Assembly: GCF_934476685.1 (NCBI RefSeq)
Contig: NZ_CAKSNX010000005.1
Coordinates: 23,116 to 87,115, forward strand
Origin: an uncultured Ruminococcus sp.
Lineage (GTDB): Bacteria; Bacillota; Clostridia; Oscillospirales; Ruminococcaceae
Length of the DNA: 64,000 bases
Direction of reading: 5' to 3'
Shown here: piece after piece, positions 47,954 through 56,892 of the stretch
How positions within the stretch are numbered: the stretch's first letter is position 1
How the letters are laid out: every line of letters begins with the position of its first letter
Program-made: the position numbers and the translations under genes
Notes under the pieces: generated by a model
The model's database searches: none
The model's input: the letters and a program-made list of their open reading frames with translations, nothing else
What the model was told of the DNA's origin: nothing

Positions 47954-48467
47954 CGAAAACGTTTGACAATAAAGGGTAAACCATTACATCACATATAAAA
48001 TCTTTTCTGTATATCGAAATAATTTCAGAAAATTGTACGGAATGTTTCATTTTTCGACATTTCATATCCCAAAGTGACTTGCCGCCCATCGAAAACGTTT
48101 AATTGTATTTTCTGGCATTTTTCAGCTTTCTTATTTGTGCAGTTTAAAATATAATTCAGTTAATGAATAAAATTTTATGTATGATTTGTACATCACCATA
48201 AAGATCGCCACAGAAACTTTCACCCGTTTTCGTGTCCCCCATTCCGAAAAATTATGTCCGTCATTATATTTTTGTAATATTTGTGATAATTATATGGTCA
48301 AATTGCATAAAAGGAGTGTTGAAAATTTATTCATTGCTACATAAATTATTACATTGGGCAAAAAATTGCGAAAAAACTCTTGAATTTTTTGATAAAGTAT
48401 TGTATATTCTTATTAACGGAAACGTTTGAAATATTTGAGTCGGTATGGAAACGGCTTAAACGTTTAA
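47954..48467. promoter_or_regulatory. Cluster of four AAACGTTT-core palindromes, candidate LacI-family operators
   Basis: Cores lie at 47956-47963, 48093-48100, 48420-48427 and 48458-48465. The last is a perfect 12-bp palindrome, ttaaacgtttaa. All are upstream of the LacI gene. Confidence 0.35.
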
Positions 48468-48493
48468 CTTGAAAAGAAAGGCGGAAATATCCG

Positions 48494-49504
48494 GTGGTTT
48501 CATTAAAAGACATTTCCGTACGCTGCGGCGTTTCAGTTGCCACGGTGAGCAAAGCGTTAAACGGCCATAAGGATGTAAGCGAGGCTACGAGAGAGCGCCT
48601 GATAAAAGCCGCCAAGGAAATGGGCTACTTCCCAAATTCTCAGGCAAGAGCGCTGAAAACTAACAGGACCTATAATCTGGGCGTTATGTTTTCCGATGAA
48701 GCAGGCAGCGGACTTACGCACGAGTTCTTCGCAAAAGTCCTTAACAGTTTCAAGATCGAGGCTGAGTCTTCCGGCTACGATATAACCTTTATAAATAAGG
48801 ATATCGGAAGACAGAAGATGTCTACCTACGAACACTGCAAATACCGCAACGTTGACGGAGTGATAATTGCCTGTACTGATTTTACTTCGCAGGATGTCTA
48901 TGAGATAATCAACGGCGATATACCCGTTGTCACTATCGACCATATATTTGACTGCCGCACAGCGGTCATGTCGAATAACGAAAAAGGCATAGAAGAGCTT
49001 GTGAATTATGTGACCGACCTCGGTCATAAGAAAATTGCCTATATACAGGGCAATAGATCAGCAGTAGCTGAAAGACGTCAGGCAGGTTTCTGTAAAGCGT
49101 GTATGAATAAGGGCGTTGAGATAAATCCCGAGTGGATGATCCCCGGCGACTATCATAACCCCGATAAAACATATGAGCTTACAAAGCTTCTCCTTGAAAA
49201 GGATGAAAGACCGACCTGTATATTTATGCCGGACGATTATTCGGCAATGGGCGGTTTCAATGCGATCAAGGATTCGGGACTTTCAGTTCCGGAGGATATC
49301 TCAGTAGTGGGATATGACGGCATAGCTTATTCACAGCTGCTGTCGCCAAAACTTACGACCTATCTTCAGGATACGGCAAAGATCGGCGAGGCTGCCGCAA
49401 AACAACTCATCTCGCTGATAGAAAATCCGCAGACGACTTTTACGGAAGTCATCACGGTTGACGGACGCATAATAAAAGGTGCGTCAGTCAGAGATATAAC
49501 ATAA
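48494..49504 (+). CDS. LacI-family transcriptional regulator
   Basis: HTH VSLKDISVRCGVSVATVSKALNG plus a periplasmic-binding-like sugar domain. GTG start. Confidence 0.9.
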   Translation: MVSLKDISVRCGVSVATVSKALNGHKDVSEATRERLIKAAKEMGYFPNSQARALKTNRTYNLGVMFSDEAGSGLTHEFFAKVLNSFKIEAESSGYDITFINKDIGRQKMSTYEHCKYRNVDGVIIACTDFTSQDVYEIINGDIPVVTIDHIFDCRTAVMSNNEKGIEELVNYVTDLGHKKIAYIQGNRSAVAERRQAGFCKACMNKGVEINPEWMIPGDYHNPDKTYELTKLLLEKDERPTCIFMPDDYSAMGGFNAIKDSGLSVPEDISVVGYDGIAYSQLLSPKLTTYLQDTAKIGEAAAKQLISLIENPQTTFTEVITVDGRIIKGASVRDIT

Positions 49505-49569
49505 GGCATTAATTAGCCGCACAGCGGTACAACAATCATAAATAATGCAAATTAAGGAGGAAAATTATT

Positions 49570-50991
49570 ATGACAAATCTTAAGAAAATGCTTGCCGGCG
49601 CTCTTTGTCTCTGCATGGCAGGTTCAATGCTCACAGCTTGCGGAAGCGATTCTGATTCATCTTCAAAGAAGTCCGGCGGCGACGCTGCTACTTCTGACAA
49701 CGGCGGTTCAGCTGACCTTTCCGGCAAGGATTCCAAGAAAGTCTACAACATCTACTGCTGGAACGACGAGTTCAAGAGCAGATTTGAAAAGTACTACTGG
49801 GATCAGAGAGATCAGGATCTTTGGGATGGCGTAGAAGTTAACTGGGTTATCAACGCTAACGAAGGTAACGTTTACCAGACAAAGCTCGACGAAGCTCTCA
49901 AGACTCAGACAACAGACGATATGAAGATCGATATGTTCCTCGTTGAGGCTGACTACGCTCTTAAGTATTGTAACTCAGACGCTACAATGAACATCGCTGA
50001 TATCGGACTTACAGATGACGATACAGCTAATATGTATCAGTACACAAAGGACGTTATGACAGCTTCTGACGGAAGCGTTAAGGGTGTTTCATGGCAGGCA
50101 ACACCAGGTCTGTTCATGTACAACGCTAAGTATGCAAGAGATGTCCTCGGCACAGATGATCCTGCTGAAGTTCAGGAATATGTTAAGGACTGGGATGCAT
50201 TCAAGGAAACAGCTCAGAAGATGAAGGATGCAGGTATCTACATGGTATCAGGTTTCGACGATACATACAGATGCTTCTCCAACACAGTATCTTCACCATG
50301 GGTCGACGCTGACGGCAAGATCACAGTAGACCCACAGATCAAGGCTTGGGTTGACCAGACTAAGGAATACACAGACGCCGGCTACAACAACAAGACTTCC
50401 CTCTGGGACGATGACTGGAAGGCTGGACAGAAGATCGACGGTAAGGTATTCGGTTACTTCTTCTCAACATGGGGCATTCCTTTCACACTTCTTCCAAACA
50501 CACTTGATACTGCAGTAGATGACGGCGGTAAGGAAGAAGTAGGTAACGGCGGTTACGGCGAGTGGAGAGCTACTGAAGGTCCTCAGTCATACTTCTGGGG
50601 CGGCACATGGCTCTGCGGATGCGCTACATCTGATAACGTAGAGATCACAAAGGATATCATGCTCAAGATGACTTGCGATACAGCTACAATGAAGGCTATC
50701 ACAGAGGGCGAGCAGGATTACACAAACAACAAGGCTGCTATTCAGGAGCTTATCGACGGCGGTTATACAAACCCATTCCTCGGCGGACAGGATCACCTCG
50801 CACTTCTTACAGAAGCTGCTGATAAGATCGACCTCTCCAACAAGCTTTCTGCTTATGACCAGGGCTGCAACGAGAAGTTCCAGGCTGCTATGAAGGACTA
50901 CTTCCTCGGCAACACAGCTTCTTATGACGATGCTCTCGCAGCATTCAAGACAGAGATCACAAACCTCTACGGAAACCTTACAATGGACTAA
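49570..50991 (+). CDS. ABC transporter extracellular solute-binding lipoprotein (carbohydrate type)
   Basis: Lipobox LTAC|GSDS. Size and context (followed by two sugar-type permeases). Confidence 0.8.
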   Translation: MTNLKKMLAGALCLCMAGSMLTACGSDSDSSSKKSGGDAATSDNGGSADLSGKDSKKVYNIYCWNDEFKSRFEKYYWDQRDQDLWDGVEVNWVINANEGNVYQTKLDEALKTQTTDDMKIDMFLVEADYALKYCNSDATMNIADIGLTDDDTANMYQYTKDVMTASDGSVKGVSWQATPGLFMYNAKYARDVLGTDDPAEVQEYVKDWDAFKETAQKMKDAGIYMVSGFDDTYRCFSNTVSSPWVDADGKITVDPQIKAWVDQTKEYTDAGYNNKTSLWDDDWKAGQKIDGKVFGYFFSTWGIPFTLLPNTLDTAVDDGGKEEVGNGGYGEWRATEGPQSYFWGGTWLCGCATSDNVEITKDIMLKMTCDTATMKAITEGEQDYTNNKAAIQELIDGGYTNPFLGGQDHLALLTEAADKIDLSNKLSAYDQGCNEKFQAAMKDYFLGNTASYDDALAAFKTEITNLYGNLTMD

Positions 50992-51135
50992 TCTGTGGCT
51001 AGTCGCATGATTACACATTGATCTGTCAACAAATATAAATCGGGGGGTGGGGAAATTCCCCTCCTCCCATTTTTATCTAAAAAGACAGGTCGGAAAGGAT
51101 TGCAATTAAACTCATACTTTGCAAAAGGTGGAAAT

Positions 51136-52083
51136 ATGAAAAAGAAAAGTATCAGCTATGCAAAATGGGGCTATATCTTCCTGCTCCCGTTTTTCATTAC
51201 ATACTGTGTTTTTTCTCTGACTCCATTGATTCAGACCTTCTATTACAGCGTCCTTGATTATAAAAAGGATACAGGTTCGATCTCAATTCTTAATCCAGAG
51301 GGAAACATAATCAACAACGGATTCTGCGGCCTTGAGAACTTCAAAGCAGTTCTCGGCGAAGGCGGCGAATTCTTCTCAACTCTCAAAAACACAACAATAA
51401 TCTGGCTCATCGGTTTCATACCGCAGATAGTTATCTCACTTATCCTCGCCGTATGGTTCACCGACCTCAGACTGAAGATCAAAGCACAGGGATTTTTCAA
51501 GACAGTTATCTATCTGCCAAACGTTATCATGGCGTCAGCAATATCACTTCTGTTCTACTCCCTCTTCACAAAGGGCGGCGCACTCTATACAGTTTTCGAT
51601 CACTTCACATCTACCGATGTTTCGCTCCTTAACAACGTCTGGGGCGCAAGAAGTATCGTAGGATTTATCAACTTTATGATGTGGTACGGAAATACCACCA
51701 TTATCCTTATGTCATCTATCATGGGTATCGACCCGTCACTCTATGAGTCATCACAGATCGACGGCGCAACAGCGTCACAGACTTTCTGGAAGATCACTAT
51801 CCCGCTTATTAAGCCACTTCTTTCATATGTGCTTATCACATCTATGATCGGTGGTATCCAGATGTACGACGTACCTCAGCTCCTCGCAGGAGATTCAGGT
51901 AACCCGTCAGGCGCAGTCAAGACCCTCGTAATGGTTATCCAGACAGGTAAGGATTCCAATATCGGTCAGACCGGTGCTATCAGCGTACTCATATTCATCA
52001 TCTCTGCAGTCCTCGGCCTGCTTGCATTCCACTTTATGAATGAGCAGCCTGGCGGCAAGAAGAAAAAGAAAAAATCTAAGTAA
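51136..52083 (+). CDS. Carbohydrate ABC transporter permease (MalF/UgpA-like)
   Basis: 6-TM pattern with EAA-like loop SSQIDGATASQTFWKITIPLIKP. The ATG at 51136 is preferred. The C-terminus is a poly-Lys tail. Confidence 0.85.
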   Translation: MKKKSISYAKWGYIFLLPFFITYCVFSLTPLIQTFYYSVLDYKKDTGSISILNPEGNIINNGFCGLENFKAVLGEGGEFFSTLKNTTIIWLIGFIPQIVISLILAVWFTDLRLKIKAQGFFKTVIYLPNVIMASAISLLFYSLFTKGGALYTVFDHFTSTDVSLLNNVWGARSIVGFINFMMWYGNTTIILMSSIMGIDPSLYESSQIDGATASQTFWKITIPLIKPLLSYVLITSMIGGIQMYDVPQLLAGDSGNPSGAVKTLVMVIQTGKDSNIGQTGAISVLIFIISAVLGLLAFHFMNEQPGGKKKKKKSK

Positions 52084-52098
52084 AGGAGGGAAAAGTAT

Positions 52099-52983
52099 AT
52101 GAGCAGAACACCTGACGTAGTAGGTCAGAAAACAAGCGGCACATCTCTTCTCATCAGAAGAATAGTTGCCTATGTAGTATTGATCTTATTAGTTTTCATT
52201 TCACTTTTCCCATTCTACCTTTTGATAATAAACGCTACAAGAGGTAAGATTCAGAACGGTATCGATTTTCTGCCAAGCGGAAATATGATGAACAACTTTA
52301 AGAAACTTTTCAGCGACGATTCCGCCGCTCGTTACGGAAATATCCTCCAGTCATTCCTGAACTCATTCATCATTTCAGGCGTAAGCTGCGTTATCTCCGT
52401 ATACTTCTCAGCTCTGACAGCATATGCTATCCACGTATATGACTTCAAGCTCAAGAAATTCGCATTCACATTCATTCTTCTCATCATGATGGTTCCAACA
52501 CAGGCATCTGCAATCGGTTTTTACAGAATGATGATCAGCTGGGGTCTTATCGATTCCTTCATTCCTCTCATCGTTCCGGCTATCGCAGCTCCTGCAGTAT
52601 TCTTCTTCATGAAGCAATATATGGATTCATCGCTCCCTCTGGAGATCGTGGAAGCCGCAAGAATAGACGGCTGCGGAGAGTTCAGAACATTCAACTCTAT
52701 CGTAACTCCTATCCTTAAGCCTGCTTTCGCAGTACAGGGTATCTTCCAGTTCGTAGCAAGCTGGAACAACTACTTCATGCCAAGAATGATCCTCCAGCAG
52801 AAGAAAACGATCCCTCTGGTTCTCCAGACAATGAAAGCCGAGATCCTCGGTAACCCACAGGTAGCACACGCCGGCGTAATGAGCCTTTATATGGTTCTTG
52901 CTATCCTCCCTGTTGTTATTGTTTACCTCTGCCTTTCAAAGTTCATTATCCGTGGTATCGCCCTCGGAAGCGTAAAGGGATAA
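52099..52983 (+). CDS. Carbohydrate ABC transporter permease (MalG/UgpE-like)
   Basis: EAA loop EAARIDGCGEFRTFNSIVTPILKP. Confidence 0.85.
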   Translation: MSRTPDVVGQKTSGTSLLIRRIVAYVVLILLVFISLFPFYLLIINATRGKIQNGIDFLPSGNMMNNFKKLFSDDSAARYGNILQSFLNSFIISGVSCVISVYFSALTAYAIHVYDFKLKKFAFTFILLIMMVPTQASAIGFYRMMISWGLIDSFIPLIVPAIAAPAVFFFMKQYMDSSLPLEIVEAARIDGCGEFRTFNSIVTPILKPAFAVQGIFQFVASWNNYFMPRMILQQKKTIPLVLQTMKAEILGNPQVAHAGVMSLYMVLAILPVVIVYLCLSKFIIRGIALGSVKG

Positions 52984-53019
52984 GATTTGTCAGTAAAATC
53001 AAAAAATATCACATATACG

Positions 53020-53057
53020 AAAAGAACCGACGCTCCTTTGTGTCGGTTCTTTTTTTG
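53020..53057. terminator. Bidirectional terminator between the ABC operon and the phage-derived cluster
   Basis: Stem agaaccgac/gtcggttct with T7 downstream and an A-rich 5' flank. Confidence 0.7.
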
Positions 53058-53064
53058 TTAATGT

Positions 53065-54012
53065 TTATCCCCTCTGTCCGTATCTGTCCGTGTAACAGCC
53101 TATCTGCGTGTATATGCCGCCCTTTGAGCCGCTTATCCTTATGCTGTTTATCCTCATCGCATTCATGTAACTCAGTCCGCTTACCTTGTCCATAAGCTCC
53201 TCGCCCCTGTATCCTGCATAAGTCACAAAACGTGTCCTTACCTGCCTTGCCGCATAACCTATCCTTGCGTCAAGTCCCTCATCAGTGGAGTAAAGCCACT
53301 GCATATCAAGTGGATCATACTTCTCTCTCACTATCCCGTATTCCCCCGCAAGTTCGTCCGACTTCTCATAGCTGTATCCGCCGTCTATGTCCGCCATGTG
53401 TACCCCCGATAAAAGGGAAGATGTCATTAGCCTTGTCCCCTGCTCTATAAGCTTCACCCCCGAAAAATCCCTCATCACACTGTCGTTCATGGTCACGCAT
53501 ACCGTGTTCGTCCTGCGTATGTACGGAAAATTCCCCGTCGCCTTCAGCGAATATGCCCTCACAGCGTCCCATATGTTCGACTTCTCCTTAACGTAAATGT
53601 ACCCCACCACAGGCGTCCCCGACTCGCATACTATCTCCGATATGTTCAGATTTTTCTTTATCAGCCCGTTCAGATCACAGTCCGAGTTTATCTTCGGATA
53701 AGGTTCGTTCTGCGCCAACAGTACAGTAAAACTCCGTGACGTAAAATCAATTATCCACCCCGACTTCTCCCTTTTGATCTCCACCGAATCCGCCAGCCCG
53801 TCAAAACTCAGCACATTGTTTACATAAAGCCTTATCCTCTTGATGTCAAATGCACTGAACGTGGGCGTTTTCGGCATATAAAATTTTCCCGTCGCATATG
53901 CAAAACAGTAGTATAACCTCTTTGATATGCTGAAACTTATGCAGTCGGAAATTTTTATAGATCCTCCGCCGCAAAGCTGTACCTCAAGATAACATCTCAT
54001 ATCTATCTCCAT
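53065..54012 (-). CDS. Phage-cluster protein of unknown role (315 aa)
   Basis: Last gene of the cluster; its start directly abuts the upstream gene's stop. No family recognised by eye. It could be a major tail or baseplate-type protein. Confidence 0.5.
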   Translation of the reverse strand: MEIDMRCYLEVQLCGGGSIKISDCISFSISKRLYYCFAYATGKFYMPKTPTFSAFDIKRIRLYVNNVLSFDGLADSVEIKREKSGWIIDFTSRSFTVLLAQNEPYPKINSDCDLNGLIKKNLNISEIVCESGTPVVGYIYVKEKSNIWDAVRAYSLKATGNFPYIRRTNTVCVTMNDSVMRDFSGVKLIEQGTRLMTSSLLSGVHMADIDGGYSYEKSDELAGEYGIVREKYDPLDMQWLYSTDEGLDARIGYAARQVRTRFVTYAGYRGEELMDKVSGLSYMNAMRINSIRISGSKGGIYTQIGCYTDRYGQRG

Positions 54013-54378
54013 TTAATCCCCTCCGAATCTGAATTCAAATTCACCAAGACGGCAGCCTGCCTTTATCTCCGCCGTCCCGGCTAGCATTACAGGCGACTTC
54101 TTTATCTCCTCACCGTCAATAATAAGCGCACCCGCCTCATCATTGAACCCCTCGATAAATTTCATAAAGTATCCCCTGTCCTCAGGTGAAAAATGCCCCC
54201 GCACAGTAACTTCACCCTCATGCGAGCCAACGTATCTTGAAAATATCCCGCTCCCCAGCGTGGCAGTTTCCGCCGTTGTCCCCTTTTTGGAATAGGATAT
54301 CTCATCAAAATATATCTTTACAGCCTCCGTCCCATTGCGTTCAAGCGTGTGCGCAGGCAAAGCATATTCCGCCCTCAT
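54013..54378 (-). CDS. Phage-cluster small protein (121 aa), connector/neck-sized
   Basis: 4-nt overlap with the upstream gene. Call rests on position after the capsid gene. Confidence 0.5.
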   Translation of the reverse strand: MRAEYALPAHTLERNGTEAVKIYFDEISYSKKGTTAETATLGSGIFSRYVGSHEGEVTVRGHFSPEDRGYFMKFIEGFNDEAGALIIDGEEIKKSPVMLAGTAEIKAGCRLGEFEFRFGGD

Positions 54379-54782
54379 TCATCTTCCTCCAAACATATCC
54401 TTGCGTTCAGCGTAAGCTCCCTGGTCAGCCTGTTCAGCGGAGATGAAAGATATATCTTCCCCAGCTTCATGCTGCGTATGAGCAAACCGCCGTCCACAAT
54501 GAATTTCCCGTACAGATCATCACATCTCGCCGTAAATTCCTCCACATCAGCGTGATCGCACGACTTCCCCATAAGCCTTATGCTCATACAGCAGTCAAGC
54601 TCCGCCGACAGCTTTTTAGAAGTACACCCCATAGCCGTCCCCACAAGCTGACAGTCCTTCAAAGCGTAAAAACCAATGTATTCGTCCTTGTGGATAAGAC
54701 TGTCCACCGCCGTAAATTCACCGAAAGCCGAAAATCCGCACTTCTCCAGTAACCCCGTTATCACATCAAAAAGTTCGTCCAT
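54375..54782 (-). CDS. Phage-cluster small protein (135 aa), connector/neck-sized
   Basis: 1-nt overlap with the upstream gene (ATG start shares its A with the upstream TAA stop). Call rests on position only. Confidence 0.5.
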   Translation of the reverse strand: MDELFDVITGLLEKCGFSAFGEFTAVDSLIHKDEYIGFYALKDCQLVGTAMGCTSKKLSAELDCCMSIRLMGKSCDHADVEEFTARCDDLYGKFIVDGGLLIRSMKLGKIYLSSPLNRLTRELTLNARICLEEDE

Positions 54783-55162
54783 TATGCCCCTCCCGTAGTT
54801 TCAAATAAAAATTCCTCGTCCTTGAATATCTCCCCAAGACCGCCTAAAGCAGATATCTTCAAACGCTGCGCCGCATCTATCCTCGAACTGAGATCTTCCG
54901 ACATACTAGCCTTGCCGTCAGCCGTGCAGATGAGCCGTTCTCTTGCCTGTAAAGCGCAAACATGATCGTAAACCGCACAGCAAGCCGCCGCATATTCACA
55001 TCGAGCAATAAGATCACCGCCGCCTGCTAAAAGCTTGTCCTCATCAATAAGAGCCGTAAGCCTGTCCGCAGCATTTTTGATAAGCGGCATCTGATCGTTC
55101 ATCTTCTCAACATCACAACCGCTCAACTGTTGAAAAATCAAAAGAATATTGTTAAAATCCAA
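54782..55162 (-). CDS. Phage-cluster small protein (126 aa), head-tail adaptor-like by position
   Basis: TTG start 7 nt after GGAGGGG. First gene after the capsid gene, but separated from it by repeat copy F. Confidence 0.5.
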   Translation of the reverse strand: MDFNNILLIFQQLSGCDVEKMNDQMPLIKNAADRLTALIDEDKLLAGGGDLIARCEYAAACCAVYDHVCALQARERLICTADGKASMSEDLSSRIDAAQRLKISALGGLGEIFKDEEFLFETTGGA

Positions 55163-55213
55163 TCTATCCCCTCCTAAGTAATAAAATCAAAATTGAAAAA
55201 ACAAAATAAAGAA

Positions 55214-55665
55214 AAAGCAATCACAAACTATCAAACGCACAAAGCAAGTTTTAGGCTAAAGCCCTTTTCCAAAAGGGCTTTCAGGGATTCAAAAGGGGCA
55301 GCGCCCCTTTGTCGCTCCCGCAGGAGCGAAATCCCCCACAGCGTGAGCTCCGCATAGGGTGAATTTGAAAATAGTCCAGCGGACTGTTTTCAAAGAGGGG
55401 CAAGCCCTGCGATAGAGGGCTGCCCCTTACTCGCCTCCCGCACAAACTCCCCCGCAAGGGCTTGTCCCTTGCGCTGTCCTCGGTCGGGTCTTCCCAGACG
55501 GGGTAATTCGCTACGCTCGGTAAGCTCGCTGTCTGCTGTGCGGTCTTTTACTTTTGTGCTCGGAAGAAACCGAGATATGTCTTTTACTAAAACCTACTTT
55601 GCTAATGTCTAATGTGGAATTTTTCTCAATGTTTCCGTAGGGGCGACCTGCGGTCGCCCGCTTAT
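55214..55665 (+). repeat. Modular intergenic repeat, copy F (complete M2 + M1 body + REP-like hairpin), located inside the phage-derived operon
   Basis: M2 spans about 55214-55480 and is near-identical to copy E. The M1 body spans 55490-55636. The GTAG hairpin is at 55637-55659. Confidence 0.85.
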
Positions 55666-55790
55666 ATCATTCCCACTAACCCCAAGTTTCCACCGTTCCC
55701 CAAATACCCACGATCGCTCCCCTAAAACTTTGCCAAACCCTTACACCACCTCACAAAACAATTCCCCACCCGCCACACCCCAAATTCATC

Positions 55791-56777
55791 TTACGCTAAA
55801 TTAGCAGCTGTGCAGTCGTAAACCTTTACCGCCGCATCAGACATTCTTGAAAAACCTGCAAGTATCGAGCAGGATATCTCCTCGCACTGCGCAGAAATAA
55901 GCTTGTCGTAGTCTACGATAACGTCCGTTCCAAGTATCATCTCCGCTGCGTAATCTGCGTCAACTCCAATAATAGTGTTGTCCCCTAAAGCAGAACACTT
56001 TATAATTGTTACCCCGTATGGAGTCTTTACCGCACCGTTCGCCATGTAATCACTTACTACGAACTTCATCTCATCAAGCGCAAGTATCTTCGCCATTACC
56101 GCAGGACTGCATATCATCGTGTTCATGTTGTAACTGTCCATAGATGCCCAGAATGCCGCAAGATCATCGTATGTCATCTTTGCTCCGCTGTTCTTCATAG
56201 CCGAAATGTCCCTCTTCAGTTCAGTAACAAGCGCACCATTCACCGCATTTCCAATGACCGCACCAAGATTTCTCAGCACTACCGCAAATGTGTCTATCCT
56301 CTGCTTTCTGATAGATTCGTATGAGCAGGAAAGTCTTCTCGCATACTTCACCAGCCTCTTTGACTCCGCCGCAAGCGTTACCCTTGTTTCAGGAAGTGCC
56401 GCACCCTCCGCACAGGTGTCGCTCGCCCCCGTCTTTACAATGGAAAGTCCCCTGTAATCTACTCCGTCTGTGTATGATACCGCTGCGCATACCTCTGCCG
56501 CTATGCTCGCCTCGTCCATTCCCTCCTTTATGCATCGTCTGATAAATTCAGGGAAAAGTACAGCCGACTCAGCCGAAATAAAGAACTTCTCCACCATGTC
56601 CGAACCCGCTCCGTTTATGCGTATGCCGAAACGCTTCAGCTGTCTTTCAAATGCGTCAAAGCCTTTCAGCTCCGTGTTCTCGTATCCCTCGTCAGGGTCA
56701 AGCTCCGTCAGAGCCTGTGTGAATGTCTTTCCTGTGATAGAATAAAGTGACTTGTCAAGTTTAATGTTGTTGTACAT
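55791..56777 (-). CDS. Phage major capsid protein (HK97-fold type, inferred)
   Basis: Call rests on position after the protease-scaffold gene, a size of about 330 aa, and general resemblance to the capsid family. The ATG at 56777 lies 11 nt after AAGGAG. Confidence 0.65.
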   Translation of the reverse strand: MYNNIKLDKSLYSITGKTFTQALTELDPDEGYENTELKGFDAFERQLKRFGIRINGAGSDMVEKFFISAESAVLFPEFIRRCIKEGMDEASIAAEVCAAVSYTDGVDYRGLSIVKTGASDTCAEGAALPETRVTLAAESKRLVKYARRLSCSYESIRKQRIDTFAVVLRNLGAVIGNAVNGALVTELKRDISAMKNSGAKMTYDDLAAFWASMDSYNMNTMICSPAVMAKILALDEMKFVVSDYMANGAVKTPYGVTIIKCSALGDNTIIGVDADYAAEMILGTDVIVDYDKLISAQCEEISCSILAGFSRMSDAAVKVYDCTAANLA

Positions 56778-56892
56778 AAATAAATTTCTCCTTTTCATTT
56801 TTAGTATTGTTTTTTATTTTCTCTCTTTTTTCTCTTTTCTTATTGTCCGTTTGCCGTCCCATAGTTTTTTATCCGGTAACCAACTTTTCCGC

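Noticed and set aside
47673-47966. A 97-aa + strand ORF in the long non-coding region before the LacI gene
   Set aside because: The product is Pro/Phe-rich and low-complexity, there is no RBS, and it overlaps the G-poor sequence and a candidate operator.
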